A stretch of DNA of 64,000 bases from Candidatus Gygaella obscura. Lineage in GTDB: Bacteria > Omnitrophota > Gorgyraeia > Gygaellales > Gygaellaceae. Position 1 is the first letter of the stretch. Each line of letters opens with the position of its first letter. This document shows, in pieces, positions 10,544-20,253 of this stretch. Made by a program: the position numbers and the translations under genes. The notes beneath the pieces were generated by a model. It was not told the origin of the DNA. It ran no database searches and saw only the letters and a list, made by a program, of their open reading frames with translations. Where the stretch lies: the NCBI GenBank assembly GCA_030765485.1, contig JAVCCR010000014.1:14332-78331 (forward strand), read 5' to 3'.

Positions 10544-11335
10544 ATGAAACAAAAAGATTTTAAATATATATACGGACCTGTATCAAGCTGGCGTTTGGGC
10601 AGGTCTTTGGGGGTTGATCCCATAGGCACTTCGGGTAAGATCTGTTCTTTTAACTGCATATATTGCCAGATAGGCAAAACAACAAAACTAAGCAATAAAA
10701 GAGAAGTGTTTGTGGATACAAAAAAGCTCATCAAGGAAATAAGTTTAGTGCCGCATAAGGGTATTGATTATATTACTTTTTCCGGCATGGGCGAACCAAC
10801 CCTGGCAAAGAATTTAAAAACGCTGATAAAAAAAATACAAAAAATACGTAAAGAAAAAATCGCTGTTATTACCAATTCTACGCTTATAAGCAAAAAAAGC
10901 GTAAGAGATGATTTATTATCGGCTGATTTTGTGATTGCCAAGCTCGATGCGCCGAATGAAAGTATATATTCTAAAATAAATAGACCATTTGGATTGATAA
11001 AGCTTGATGGTATTGTCAAAGGCCTTAAGGATTTTAGAAAGGTATTTAAGAAAAGACTTGCCATACAGATAATGTTTACCGTTGTTAATAAAGATTTTGC
11101 GTATGAATTGGCCAGTTTGGTTAATTCGATTAATCCTGATGAGGTCCAGATAAATACCCCTCTAAGGCCTTCAAAGACAAAACCGTTATCAAGACCTCAG
11201 ATAGAGCGCATAAGCAAGGTTTTTGTCAAGATCTGTAAAGATATCCGTGTGGTAAGCGTATATAAATCAGCAAAGAAAAAAGTGATCTCAATCAGTCAGC
11301 CAGATACCATCAGGAGAAGAGGGAAGCCTTTTTAA
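10544..11335 (+). CDS. Small radical SAM protein
   Basis: 'YGPVSSWRLGRSLGVDPIGTSGKICSFNCIYCQIG' contains CxxxCxxC (CSFNCIYC). ~263 aa. Confidence 0.6.
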   Translation: MKQKDFKYIYGPVSSWRLGRSLGVDPIGTSGKICSFNCIYCQIGKTTKLSNKREVFVDTKKLIKEISLVPHKGIDYITFSGMGEPTLAKNLKTLIKKIQKIRKEKIAVITNSTLISKKSVRDDLLSADFVIAKLDAPNESIYSKINRPFGLIKLDGIVKGLKDFRKVFKKRLAIQIMFTVVNKDFAYELASLVNSINPDEVQINTPLRPSKTKPLSRPQIERISKVFVKICKDIRVVSVYKSAKKKVISISQPDTIRRRGKPF

Positions 11336-11343
11336 CTATTCTT

Positions 11344-12234
11344 ATGCAGACTTATCTAGAATGCATTCCTTGTTTTTTTAAGCAGGCGATAGAATCTTCT
11401 CGTATGATCGGCGCTTCTTTAAGAGAGCGCGAACAGATTGTAAGAAAGGTAGCAGCTTTATTAGCTCGTTCTTCATTTAAAAAAAGCCCTCCGGAGATTG
11501 CAAGTTCAATACACGCAATAATAAAATCAGTAACTAAAAATCCTGACCCCTATAAGGAAATAAAGTACTATAGCAACAGGCAGGCTTTAAGAATATACCC
11601 ATATCTAAAAAAAATAATAAAGAGAAAAAATAATCGTCTGCTTATTGCTGTTGAGCTGGCTATTGCTGGTAATATTATCGATTACGGCGTAAAGAATTCA
11701 CTTAATGTTGAGCAGGAACTGCAGAAAATCTTAGCGCAGGAAGAGCAGAATCTAAAGAAAAAGAAAAAGTTTTTTGATTTTATTCATTTTAAAAAAGACC
11801 TGCAAAAGGCCAAGACCATACTTTATCTGGCGGATAATGCAGGGGAGACGGTTTTTGATCGAGTTTTGCTGGAAGAGATAAAAGTACTTTATCCTAAAAA
11901 GCATATTCTTTATGCTGTGAAAGAAAAGCCGATTATAAATGACGCATTAAAGGAAGATGCCTTTCTGTGTAAAATAGATAAAAGCGCAGAGATTATTACT
12001 TCAGGCATGGAAGCCCCTGGAACAATCATCAAAAAATGCAGTAAGCAATTTTTAAGGATTTTTAAAACCGCAGATATGGTAATCAGCAAGGGCCAGGGTA
12101 ATTTCGAGTCATTAAGCGGCAATAAGAGAAAGATCTATTTTTTGTTCATGGCAAAATGTCCTGTGGTTGCTAATAGTATCGGTTCTAGCGTAGGAGATAT
12201 CAATCTGGTGTATAATTACCTAAGAAAATTATAA
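11344..12234 (+). CDS. DUF89 (ARMT1-like damage-control phosphatase) family protein
   Basis: N-terminal 'ECIPCFFKQA' motif. ~296 aa. Confidence 0.65.
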   Translation: MQTYLECIPCFFKQAIESSRMIGASLREREQIVRKVAALLARSSFKKSPPEIASSIHAIIKSVTKNPDPYKEIKYYSNRQALRIYPYLKKIIKRKNNRLLIAVELAIAGNIIDYGVKNSLNVEQELQKILAQEEQNLKKKKKFFDFIHFKKDLQKAKTILYLADNAGETVFDRVLLEEIKVLYPKKHILYAVKEKPIINDALKEDAFLCKIDKSAEIITSGMEAPGTIIKKCSKQFLRIFKTADMVISKGQGNFESLSGNKRKIYFLFMAKCPVVANSIGSSVGDINLVYNYLRKL

Positions 12235-12245
12235 TTTAGAGCTAA

Positions 12246-12959
12246 ATGCATAAGATTTTACTTATTAAACAGGGTTCAACTAAGAAAGAACGCGCTTTAA
12301 GAAAGTGGGGTTTAAGTTTTTTAATTGATGAGGATATTATTTTTGACACCTTTGGCGCTAGAGATGATTTTATGCAGCAGGTAGATAGTCTGAAGATAGA
12401 TTTAAGGAAAATCCGCCACATTGTTATTTCGCACGATCACTGGGATCATATAGACGGCATATTTTCTATTCTGGCAAAGAATAAGGACTTAACAGTATAT
12501 TTACCTGTTCATGTAGATAAAGACTTAAAAGATAAAATTAAAGCCTCTGGGGTAAAGTTAAAAGAGGTTAGTGCTTCTTTAAAGCTTAAGGATGATATTT
12601 ATATCAGCAAAGAGATGTTTGAGAAAAAAGATAACGGTTTGATCTTTGAACAGTGTTTAGTGATTGATTCTGCCTCAGGAATAACGCTTATTGCAGGCTG
12701 TGCGCATCCGGGAATTGATTATATGGTCAGCGAAGTAAAAAAAGATTTTAAAAAGGATATTAAGCTATTGATTGGTGGGTTTCACTTAAAAGATACGCCG
12801 GAAAATAAAATAAAACTGATTATCGATAGCCTCATCAAATCAGGAGTAAAAGAGGTTGCGCCAATGCATTGTACGGGAAAAGAAGCTGTAGGTTTATTTA
12901 AAAGCTGCTTTAAGGATAAGTTTATCGATATGGATAAAATCCGCCAGATTGTTGTTTAA
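12246..12959 (+). CDS. Metallo-beta-lactamase-fold hydrolase
   Basis: 'HIVISHDHWDHIDG' (HxHxDH) motif. Confidence 0.65.
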   Translation: MHKILLIKQGSTKKERALRKWGLSFLIDEDIIFDTFGARDDFMQQVDSLKIDLRKIRHIVISHDHWDHIDGIFSILAKNKDLTVYLPVHVDKDLKDKIKASGVKLKEVSASLKLKDDIYISKEMFEKKDNGLIFEQCLVIDSASGITLIAGCAHPGIDYMVSEVKKDFKKDIKLLIGGFHLKDTPENKIKLIIDSLIKSGVKEVAPMHCTGKEAVGLFKSCFKDKFIDMDKIRQIVV

Positions 12960-13041
12960 TTTTACAAAAGGTTTATTTGCGATTATTTTTATTAAAATTT
13001 GTTCGCAATAGTTTATAGTTTCTGATAGAATAGATTTTATC

Positions 13042-13785
13042 ATGAAAGTTTTTAAAAATATCTTTATTGTTTTAGTTTTGAGCGTATTTTTATCTTCTTG
13101 CGCTTCCGCAGTGGTCAGGCCGATACCTGGGCCGATCTATAAACCAGCAGTGCCTGCTGTAAGAGCTAATATTACACATACAGTTGCACCCGGAGAAACC
13201 ATTTGGCGAATAAGTAAGATGTATGATGTGTCTATGGACAATATTATTGAATATAATAATATCAAAAGAGTAGATGATTTAAAGATGGGTGAAAGATTGG
13301 TCATTCCTCATGCCGCACCGATAAAACCGGTTATAACCTTATACCCCTCGCGAAAATGGAAATATATAATCATACATCATAGCGCAACAGATGAAGGAAA
13401 TGCTTTTTGTTTTTATAATTCCCATAGGAAAAGAGGCTGGAAAGATATAGGGTATCATTTTGTGATCGATAACGGCACCAAAGGAAAAACTAATGGTCAG
13501 ATTGAAACTACCTCACGTTGGCTTAAGCAGCAAAATGGTGCGCATTGTAAGGCCAATAGCATGAATTCAAGAGGGATTGGAGTTTGTCTTGTAGGTAATT
13601 ATAGCGAGGAAAGACTTTCTACCAAACAGCTTGATTCTTTGGTCTATCTGGTTAATACGTTAAGAAAGTATTATAAGGTTCCCATGAGTAATATCCTTGG
13701 CCACGGGCAGGTCAAAGGAGCAAGGACAGAGTGCCCGGGTAAGCTTTTCCCTTGGGCTGAATTCAGAAGAAGATTAAGTGAATGA
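13042..13785 (+). CDS. Lipoprotein with LysM domain + N-acetylmuramoyl-L-alanine amidase (Amidase_2/PGRP) domain
   Basis: Signal peptide with lipobox 'LSSCAS'. LysM 'HTVAPGETIWRISKMYDVSMDNIIEYNNI'. Amidase_2 'IIIHHSATDEG...KDIGYHFVI...ECPG'. Confidence 0.8.
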   Translation: MKVFKNIFIVLVLSVFLSSCASAVVRPIPGPIYKPAVPAVRANITHTVAPGETIWRISKMYDVSMDNIIEYNNIKRVDDLKMGERLVIPHAAPIKPVITLYPSRKWKYIIIHHSATDEGNAFCFYNSHRKRGWKDIGYHFVIDNGTKGKTNGQIETTSRWLKQQNGAHCKANSMNSRGIGVCLVGNYSEERLSTKQLDSLVYLVNTLRKYYKVPMSNILGHGQVKGARTECPGKLFPWAEFRRRLSE

Positions 13786-13811
13786 TTTTTATTCAATAAA
13801 AGGAGGCTGTT

Positions 13812-14270
13812 ATGAAGGCAAAAGAGATAATGTCAAAAAATGTTATTACAGTCTCGCCCAACGATGACGCACAAGAGGCTTTGGGTCTTCTGCAGCGCAA
13901 GCGCATAAGTGCCCTTCCGGTTGTTGATGATAAGGGTGAGGCAATCGGGATGTTTAGTGAGAAAGAAATTCTTTCCTTTGTTTTTCCCAGCTATATCCAG
14001 CATGTAGGTAAATTCGTCTACGAAGAAAATCCCAAGTCCATTAAGAAGAAATTCAACGAGCTCAAAGGGGTACCGGTAAGAAAACTCATGCGTGAGGGTG
14101 TTTTAACTATTAATGAAAATGTCACTCTTTGTGAGATAGCCCGTATCATGATGACGGAAAAGTCCCGCAGGATCTGCGTTATAGATGATAGTAAAAAGCT
14201 TTTAGGCATTGTCGGCAGATGTGATGCAATAGCTGCTTTAATCAAAGAAGCAGAAGAGGGCAAAGAATAG
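13812..14270 (+). CDS. CBS-domain pair protein
   Basis: Two CBS repeats ('VITVSPNDDAQEALGLL...ALPVVDDKGEAIGMFSEKEIL'). Strong RBS 'aaaggagg'. Confidence 0.75.
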   Translation: MKAKEIMSKNVITVSPNDDAQEALGLLQRKRISALPVVDDKGEAIGMFSEKEILSFVFPSYIQHVGKFVYEENPKSIKKKFNELKGVPVRKLMREGVLTINENVTLCEIARIMMTEKSRRICVIDDSKKLLGIVGRCDAIAALIKEAEEGKE

Positions 14271-14273
14271 TTA

Positions 14274-15656
14274 ATGATAAAGAAATTTATAATTCTTTTC
14301 AGCCTTGCGATAAGCGCCGGTATAATCGCCTCCAAGATCGGCCTTAACCGCCAGCAGGTAATTGCCATATCCATATTTTCCACCTCCATATTAGGTACGC
14401 TTCTATTTTGGGATTTTCGCTTAAGTTTTGCATTTTTGGGTACATCAATTCTATTGATTACCCGTACGATAAATATAGAAAGCGTAATTAAGTTTTCATC
14501 GTTAGAGGTAATCCTATTTTTGGTAGGGATGATGGTTTTGGTGGGTTTATTAAAAGACACAGGATTTTTTGCCTGGATTGTCAGTCTTATTCTTAGAATA
14601 AAAAATCTTAATGCTAATAGGTTTCTGATTGCGATTTCATTTCTTTCGGCGCTTTTAGCCTGCGCGGTGGATGAGGTAACTTCAATTATATTTGTGGTAG
14701 CGGCAATTTTTGAGATCTGTGATTATTTTGAGGTAGAGCCTACGCCCTTTTTGATTATATCAATTCTGGCAACCAATATCGGTTCAAGTGGTACGGTTTT
14801 AGGTAATCCTATAGGAATACTTATTGCAGCAAAATCTGGCCTTACCTTTGAGGATTTTATCCTTAAGGCATTTCCGGTGATGCTTCTTTGTCTTGGGGTA
14901 ACAGTATTAGTGGTAAAGCAGTGGTTTAAGAAACCTTTAAAAGAGCTGGATGAGAAAATAAAAGAATTCGGTTATAACGATATGCTGGTAAAGTTAATTT
15001 CTGTCCCTCCGGAAAGAGAATTAAAGATAAGTTTAGGTATTTTTGGCGTAACGCTTTTTTTTATCGCTTTGCATCATCGTTTTGAATTGCTTTTAGGTCT
15101 AGAACCCAATACGATACTTCTGATTATGCCTTTAATCTCAAGTGGGTGCGTAATGATTTGGAAACATAAACGTGCCAGGGAATATATTGAAAAGGATGTT
15201 GAATGGTGGACATTGTTATTTTTTATGCTTCTTTTTGCTCAGGCAGGCACTTTAAAATATACTGGTGCAACAGATGTTTTGGCAGAAAAATTAGTTAGTT
15301 TTGCTGGCAGCAGCGTTACTTTTTTAACAGGAATAGTTTTATGGGTTTCAGCAATCGGTTCGTGCATGCTGGATAATGTTGTTTTAGTTGCTGCATTTAT
15401 TCCGATTATACAGAGTTTTGAGGCTCTTAATATAAACATACAGCCGTTATGGTGGGCGCTTTTATTCGGCGGGTGTTTTGGCGGCAATATAACTATAATC
15501 GGCTCCACTGCCAATATTGTTGCTTTGGGGATATTAGAGAAAGACAAAAACATAAAAATAACCTTTTTTAAATGGTTTTGGATTGGCTCTACTATTGGGT
15601 TGATGACTACTACTATTGTCTGGATTGTATTAAGCATATTTCCATTTTATAAATAG
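14274..15656 (+). CDS. Ion-transporter-superfamily permease (ArsB/NhaD/CitMHS-like)
   Basis: 460 aa, ~12 TM segments. Shows the internal repeat architecture typical of ArsB/NhaD permeases. The family call rests on pattern recognition only. Confidence 0.5.
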   Translation: MIKKFIILFSLAISAGIIASKIGLNRQQVIAISIFSTSILGTLLFWDFRLSFAFLGTSILLITRTINIESVIKFSSLEVILFLVGMMVLVGLLKDTGFFAWIVSLILRIKNLNANRFLIAISFLSALLACAVDEVTSIIFVVAAIFEICDYFEVEPTPFLIISILATNIGSSGTVLGNPIGILIAAKSGLTFEDFILKAFPVMLLCLGVTVLVVKQWFKKPLKELDEKIKEFGYNDMLVKLISVPPERELKISLGIFGVTLFFIALHHRFELLLGLEPNTILLIMPLISSGCVMIWKHKRAREYIEKDVEWWTLLFFMLLFAQAGTLKYTGATDVLAEKLVSFAGSSVTFLTGIVLWVSAIGSCMLDNVVLVAAFIPIIQSFEALNINIQPLWWALLFGGCFGGNITIIGSTANIVALGILEKDKNIKITFFKWFWIGSTIGLMTTTIVWIVLSIFPFYK

Positions 15657-15666
15657 CGAGGTATTT

Positions 15667-16113
15667 ATGAATATAGTCGAATATATTAAAAAAGACTGCT
15701 TAGTAATGGATTTAAAATCTACTGCAAAAGAAGAAGCGGTAAATGAGATTGTTTCTTGTTTTGATAGTGAAAGCATTAAGAATAAAAAATTATTTATTAA
15801 AGAGATCTTGCAAAGAGAAGAAGAAGGTTCAACCGGCATTGGTTTTGGTGTAGCTATTCCTCATGCCCGCGCCGATCAGGTGAAAGACTTTGTAATTGGT
15901 TTTGGCCGTTCAAGAGAGGGAATTGAATTTAATTCAATTGATAAAAATAAAGTCCATATTGTATTTGTGTTAGGGGCAAACCCTAATTATATGAGCCTGT
16001 ATTTAAGGATGCTGGCGGAGTTAGCCAAGTATTTGATGTATGAGGATGTAAGAGAAAAGCTTTTGGCTGCAGAAAATGTTGATGATGTATTAGGGGTATT
16101 TAATAAGAGCTGA
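15667..16113 (+). CDS. PTS EIIA type-2 (PtsN/EIIA-Ntr-like) protein
   Basis: 'GIGFGVAIPHARAD' active-site His motif. ~148 aa. Confidence 0.75.
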   Translation: MNIVEYIKKDCLVMDLKSTAKEEAVNEIVSCFDSESIKNKKLFIKEILQREEEGSTGIGFGVAIPHARADQVKDFVIGFGRSREGIEFNSIDKNKVHIVFVLGANPNYMSLYLRMLAELAKYLMYEDVREKLLAAENVDDVLGVFNKS

Positions 16114-16136
16114 ATTCAGAATATTTTTAAATTAAA

Positions 16137-17537
16137 ATGAATAAATACGCACTAGTTTTAGCCGGAGGTAAAGGAGCGCGTCTTTGGCCGCTTTCTCGGG
16201 CCAATTATCCCAAGCAGTTCATTGATTTTATCAATGAACAGTCGCTGTTTCAGCTTACGATAATCAGGCTTTTAAGCTTTTTTAAGGCCAGTGATATTTA
16301 TTTTATCTCCCAGGATGATTACGAGTTCACTATTAAAAATCAGATTGATCAGATAAAAGGCCTAGATAGCATTAAGAAAAAAACTCTAAAAAACAATCTT
16401 ATATTTGAGCCTTGTGCGAAAAACACCCTTGCAGCAATAAGTTTGGGCATCAGGCATATCCAGGAGCATAAAAATTTAGCTGAAAAAGATCTGTTTTATG
16501 TATTTCCTTCAGATCATGTTATTGAGCCAGCGTTTAAATTCAAAAAGGCGCTTAAACAGGCAATAGATACAGCAGGCAAAGATAAGATTGTTATTTTTGG
16601 TATTAAGCCAAAGTCTCCTAAGCAGGGATACGGTTATGTATTAACTAGGGGAAGATTTGATAAAGGCTATCTAGTGGAGCGTTTTGTAGAAAAGCCTTCT
16701 TTGTCTAAGGCGAAGGCGTTATTGAAAAAAAATGCTTATTGGAATTCAGGAATATTTTGTTTTAACAAAAATCATTTTTTAAAAGAGCTTCAAAAGAACG
16801 CTCCAAAGCTACATAGGTTATATAAATGCTCTTTAAAGAAGATGCAACAGGATTTTGATAAATTAGAATCTATTTCTATTGACTATGCGATTATGCAGAA
16901 GAGTAAGGATATAGTCTTGGTAAGATTTGATCTTAACTGGTCGGATTTGGGCAGTTGGGATAGTTTTATCGAGTTTTATAAAAAAGATAAAGGCAATGTT
17001 AGTATTGGTAGGGCGGAGTTTATAGATTCAAGGGGGTGTTTTGCGCGCTCTGACAAAAGGCTTATCTCCTTTGTGGGAATTAATGATGCTATTGTCGTAG
17101 ATTCATCTGATGTGGTATTAATCGTAAAAAAGGGGTATTCCGATAAGGTAAAAGAACTTACTAGCCAAGTTGAAAAGAAAGGTCTGACCCATTTTAAAGA
17201 TAGTCTTACTGTACACAGGCCATGGGGGTATTATACGGTTTTGCATGAAGAGCCGCATTACAAGGTAAAGGAAATTGGTATTTATCCTAAAAAGGCGATA
17301 TCCTTACAGACTCATAAATACAGAAGCGAGCATTGGAATGTGGTTGAGGGCGAGCTTATTGTATTTGTTGCTGGTAAAAAGAAGAAAATTAGGCTCAATC
17401 AGAGTGTATTTGTTAGTAAAAGCACTAAACATAAAGTATATAACCCGGGTAAAAAGATTTCCAAGATAATCGAGGTGCAGATAGGTACTTACGTAGGTGA
17501 AGATGATATCAAAAGATTTGATAAATATAAAGCCTAG
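16137..17537 (+). CDS. manC: Mannose-1-phosphate guanylyltransferase / mannose-6-phosphate isomerase (type II PMI, cupin C-terminus)
   Basis: N-terminal 'LVLAGGKGARLWPLSR' NTP-transferase motif. C-terminal cupin 'HRPWGYY...HKYRSEHWNVVEG'. Confidence 0.85.
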   Translation: MNKYALVLAGGKGARLWPLSRANYPKQFIDFINEQSLFQLTIIRLLSFFKASDIYFISQDDYEFTIKNQIDQIKGLDSIKKKTLKNNLIFEPCAKNTLAAISLGIRHIQEHKNLAEKDLFYVFPSDHVIEPAFKFKKALKQAIDTAGKDKIVIFGIKPKSPKQGYGYVLTRGRFDKGYLVERFVEKPSLSKAKALLKKNAYWNSGIFCFNKNHFLKELQKNAPKLHRLYKCSLKKMQQDFDKLESISIDYAIMQKSKDIVLVRFDLNWSDLGSWDSFIEFYKKDKGNVSIGRAEFIDSRGCFARSDKRLISFVGINDAIVVDSSDVVLIVKKGYSDKVKELTSQVEKKGLTHFKDSLTVHRPWGYYTVLHEEPHYKVKEIGIYPKKAISLQTHKYRSEHWNVVEGELIVFVAGKKKKIRLNQSVFVSKSTKHKVYNPGKKISKIIEVQIGTYVGEDDIKRFDKYKA

Positions 17538-17674
17538 CTTGACAATCAAATATTTATTAAGTATGTTTGTTTTTATAAATAATCATTTATGATTACATAA
17601 AGTAATAAAGCTGTTTAATTAAGATTTATGAATACGCGGGGAGTTTATTCTTCCTGTTTTTTCTTTTTAACTCT

Positions 17675-18697
17675 ATGAACGACATAAAACAATATTCGTT
17701 AAACGAATTAAAATCCGTATTTAAAACGATGAACCTGCCGTCATTTGCTGCTGTACAGGTATTTGACTGGGTTTATAAAAAAAGAACAGAAGATTTTGAC
17801 AAGATGAGTAATCTTTCAAAAGCAACAAGAGGATTGCTTAAGGAAAATTTCTTTTGTTCATATCATAAAATAGTCGAAAGAATAAAATCAAGAGATAATA
17901 CGGAGAAATTCCTTTTTAAGCTTGATGATAGCGCTTTGATTGAGATAGTTGTGATTCCTGAGAAGACGCGTACTACTTTATGTGTTTCCACCCAGGTGGG
18001 ATGCAAGTTTAATTGTAAGTTTTGTATGAGTGCTATCGGTGGCTTTAACAGGAATTTAACTGCTGCTGAAATAATAAACCAGTTTCTGGTTGTGCTTGAT
18101 TTGATTAGGCCAGAAAGAATTACCAATATCGTTTTTATGGGAATCGGCGAGCCATTAGATAACTATAATAATTTGACTAAGGCTATTGATATTCTACAGG
18201 AACCTTTGGGCTTGGGTTTAAGTAAAAGAAGGCTGTGTGTTTCAACTTGCGGTATAATACCTAATATAGAAAGACTCGCTCAAGGTTATCCTTTGATAAA
18301 ACTTTCAGTCTCACTGCATAGCGCTTTTTCAGATAAAAGAACTCAGATTATGCCGGTAAATAAAAAATATCCTCTTGATAGATTGATAGAGAGCTTAAAG
18401 TCAGTTGCGAGAATTCAAAAATTCCCCGTAACATTTGAGTATGTGTTGTTGGATGGTTTTAATGATTCAAAGGAAGATGCATTAGAGCTTACCCGGATTT
18501 TAGATAGGTTAAGATCTAAGGTAAACTTGATTGTCTATAATCGTTCCAGTCTTAGTTTTAAGGCATCTAAAGAAAAGGCAATAAAAGAGTTTACTTTAGT
18601 GTTAAAAAATAAAGGGGTAGTTTTTACCTTGCGTCGTTCACGCGGTGAAGATATAGATGCCGCCTGTGGTCAATTAAGGGCTTCTTGGAAAAGGTAA
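17675..18697 (+). CDS. rlmN: 23S rRNA/tRNA adenine-C2 methyltransferase RlmN (radical SAM)
   Basis: 'CVSTQVGCKFNCKFCMS', 'GIGEPLDN' and C-terminal 'DAACGQL' motifs. Confidence 0.85.
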   Translation: MNDIKQYSLNELKSVFKTMNLPSFAAVQVFDWVYKKRTEDFDKMSNLSKATRGLLKENFFCSYHKIVERIKSRDNTEKFLFKLDDSALIEIVVIPEKTRTTLCVSTQVGCKFNCKFCMSAIGGFNRNLTAAEIINQFLVVLDLIRPERITNIVFMGIGEPLDNYNNLTKAIDILQEPLGLGLSKRRLCVSTCGIIPNIERLAQGYPLIKLSVSLHSAFSDKRTQIMPVNKKYPLDRLIESLKSVARIQKFPVTFEYVLLDGFNDSKEDALELTRILDRLRSKVNLIVYNRSSLSFKASKEKAIKEFTLVLKNKGVVFTLRRSRGEDIDAACGQLRASWKR

Positions 18698-18775
18698 TAA
18701 AATATATTGTCGAGAGAGTTTTTTTATGGTAAAAATCATTTTTTTCATAGGAAATTATCAAAGAAGTAATTATCT

Positions 18776-18994
18776 ATGAAAAAGATATTTAAAAAGATGA
18801 AAACGTAGGTTAACAAGAGCAAAAAGAATTCATTAAGCGGGGATGAGTTTTTCTTAAAGGTACAGCAGAAAGCCTATGAGTTGTATGAATAAAGAGGCTA
18901 CACTTCTGGTAATGAGTAGACAGATTGGTTTGAGGCGGAGAAACTTGTAAAAACAGGTAAACATAATCTAAGATTAAGAAAAATTCAAAGATAA
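18776..18994 (+). pseudogene. DUF2934-like small ORF disrupted by three in-frame stop codons (TAG 18806, TAA 18890, TAG 18917), no frameshift
   Basis: One frame reads MKKIFKKMKT*VNKSKKNSLSGDEFFLKVQQKAYELYE*RGYTSGNE*TDWFEAEKLVKTGKHNLRLRKIQR*. The 'AYELYE.RG...GN...DWFEAEK' core matches the DUF2934 pattern (AYxLWexGxxxGxdxxDWxxAE). Confidence 0.5.
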
Positions 18995-19055
18995 ATTATT
19001 TAATAACAAGTAGTTACATAATAAGGGCAAGCAAAAAAGCTTGTTCCTATTTTTA

Positions 19056-19084
19056 TTGAATTTAAGAGTTATTTGAGTTAAAAT
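19056..19084 (+). promoter_or_regulatory. Candidate sigma70 promoter for the glycan locus (TTGAAT-17-TAAAAT)
   Basis: -35 at 19056-19061, -10 at 19079-19084. The -10 ends 8 nt before the ATG at 19093, so the mRNA is leaderless or the start is mis-set. Confidence 0.3.
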
Positions 19085-19092
19085 ATTAAGCA

Positions 19093-20253
19093 ATGCAATT
19101 AATCAATTCTTTGTTGATTTTTTTAAGGCCTTTTGTTTCTGAGTTTATCTTGCCCGGGTTAACCTCCGTTTTAAATATTACTTTAGGTCTAAGTATTTCC
19201 ATATCAATTTTATTTCTGCATAGATTTAAAAAACGCAGTATCGATAATCTTTTTATCGTTTTTGTTATTGGGCTCGTATTATCTTTTATATTCTCAAAGA
19301 ATATATCTAAAAGTATTTATGCGTTGTATCAGTATTTATTGGGGATTATTATTTTCTACTGGATATTGCATAAACAAAACAAGGAAAGATTAGTTCCTTT
19401 GCTTTTGATAGCCGGTTGTATTATTGCGTTTTATAGTTTATTCCATGTTTTTTTTATAAGAGAAAAAGTAATTGAGTTTTTAACTCAGAATTCGATTAAT
19501 TATGGTTTTGCAAGAGAGTTTTTATCAAGGCAAAGGGGGTTTGTGCCCTTTGTATCGCCTAATCTTTTAGCGGGTTATCTCTCTATGCTGATTTTCATCT
19601 GTGGAGGCTGCATATTAAAGACAGTTAAGCAACGACAGTTTAATTTAGAGGCAATTATTTATTGTTTGTATTTTTTGGTTATGATTATTGCTTTATTTTT
19701 TACCAGATCTATCGGTGCATGGTTTTCAGTCGTGGGAGCACTTGTTTGTTATTTCTTAATTAAAGGCAGATCCAGTAGAAAAAGTATGTTTATATTTATT
19801 GTTTTGATCGTGGCATTTATAATAATATTTATAGTTCGTATTGGTTCAAATACTGAATTTGCTAATCCATTTTTTTCATTCGATAAGAGATTGGTTTATG
19901 TCCAGGATACGTTAAAGGTGATAGCAGCAAATCCTTTATTCGGAACAGGTGCAGGAAATTTTAGCTTAAAGGATTCACTATTCGCGCACAATTCTTATTT
20001 ACAGATATGGGCAGAACTAGGTATAGTCAGTTTTTTATCATTTTTGGGTATTGTTTATATTTTTATAAAAGAAGGGATAAGATCTGTTAGGAGGGATAAT
20101 GATTATTTAACAACTGGTTTTTTACTTGCCGGATTAAGTTTTCTTATTCATAATTTTGTTGATTTCAGCTTTTTTGTTTTTCAAGTATCCTTCCTTTGGT
20201 GGATAGTGCTAGGGTTTATCTTAAGTTCCAAAATTAATTATGCCGAAAAATAA
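19093..20253 (+). CDS. O-antigen ligase/polymerase-family (Wzy_C) membrane protein; could equally be a PglL/PilO-type O-oligosaccharyltransferase
   Basis: ~10 TM segments and a periplasmic loop with 'LFAHNSYLQIWAELGIVSFL' (Wzy_C-like). Confidence 0.6.
   Translation: MQLINSLLIFLRPFVSEFILPGLTSVLNITLGLSISISILFLHRFKKRSIDNLFIVFVIGLVLSFIFSKNISKSIYALYQYLLGIIIFYWILHKQNKERLVPLLLIAGCIIAFYSLFHVFFIREKVIEFLTQNSINYGFAREFLSRQRGFVPFVSPNLLAGYLSMLIFICGGCILKTVKQRQFNLEAIIYCLYFLVMIIALFFTRSIGAWFSVVGALVCYFLIKGRSSRKSMFIFIVLIVAFIIIFIVRIGSNTEFANPFFSFDKRLVYVQDTLKVIAANPLFGTGAGNFSLKDSLFAHNSYLQIWAELGIVSFLSFLGIVYIFIKEGIRSVRRDNDYLTTGFLLAGLSFLIHNFVDFSFFVFQVSFLWWIVLGFILSSKINYAEK

Noticed and set aside
12960-13041. Possible promoter 'TTGTTC...TGATAGAAT' upstream of the LysM-amidase gene
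   Set aside because: The -35 to -10 spacing would be ~21 nt, too long for a confident sigma70 call.
18776-18994. Alternative genetic code or stop-codon reassignment to explain the three in-frame stops
   Set aside because: Every other gene in the window terminates at ordinary TAA, TAG or TGA codons, and no other ORF contains in-frame stops. The standard code applies, so this ORF is a pseudogene or silenced relic.
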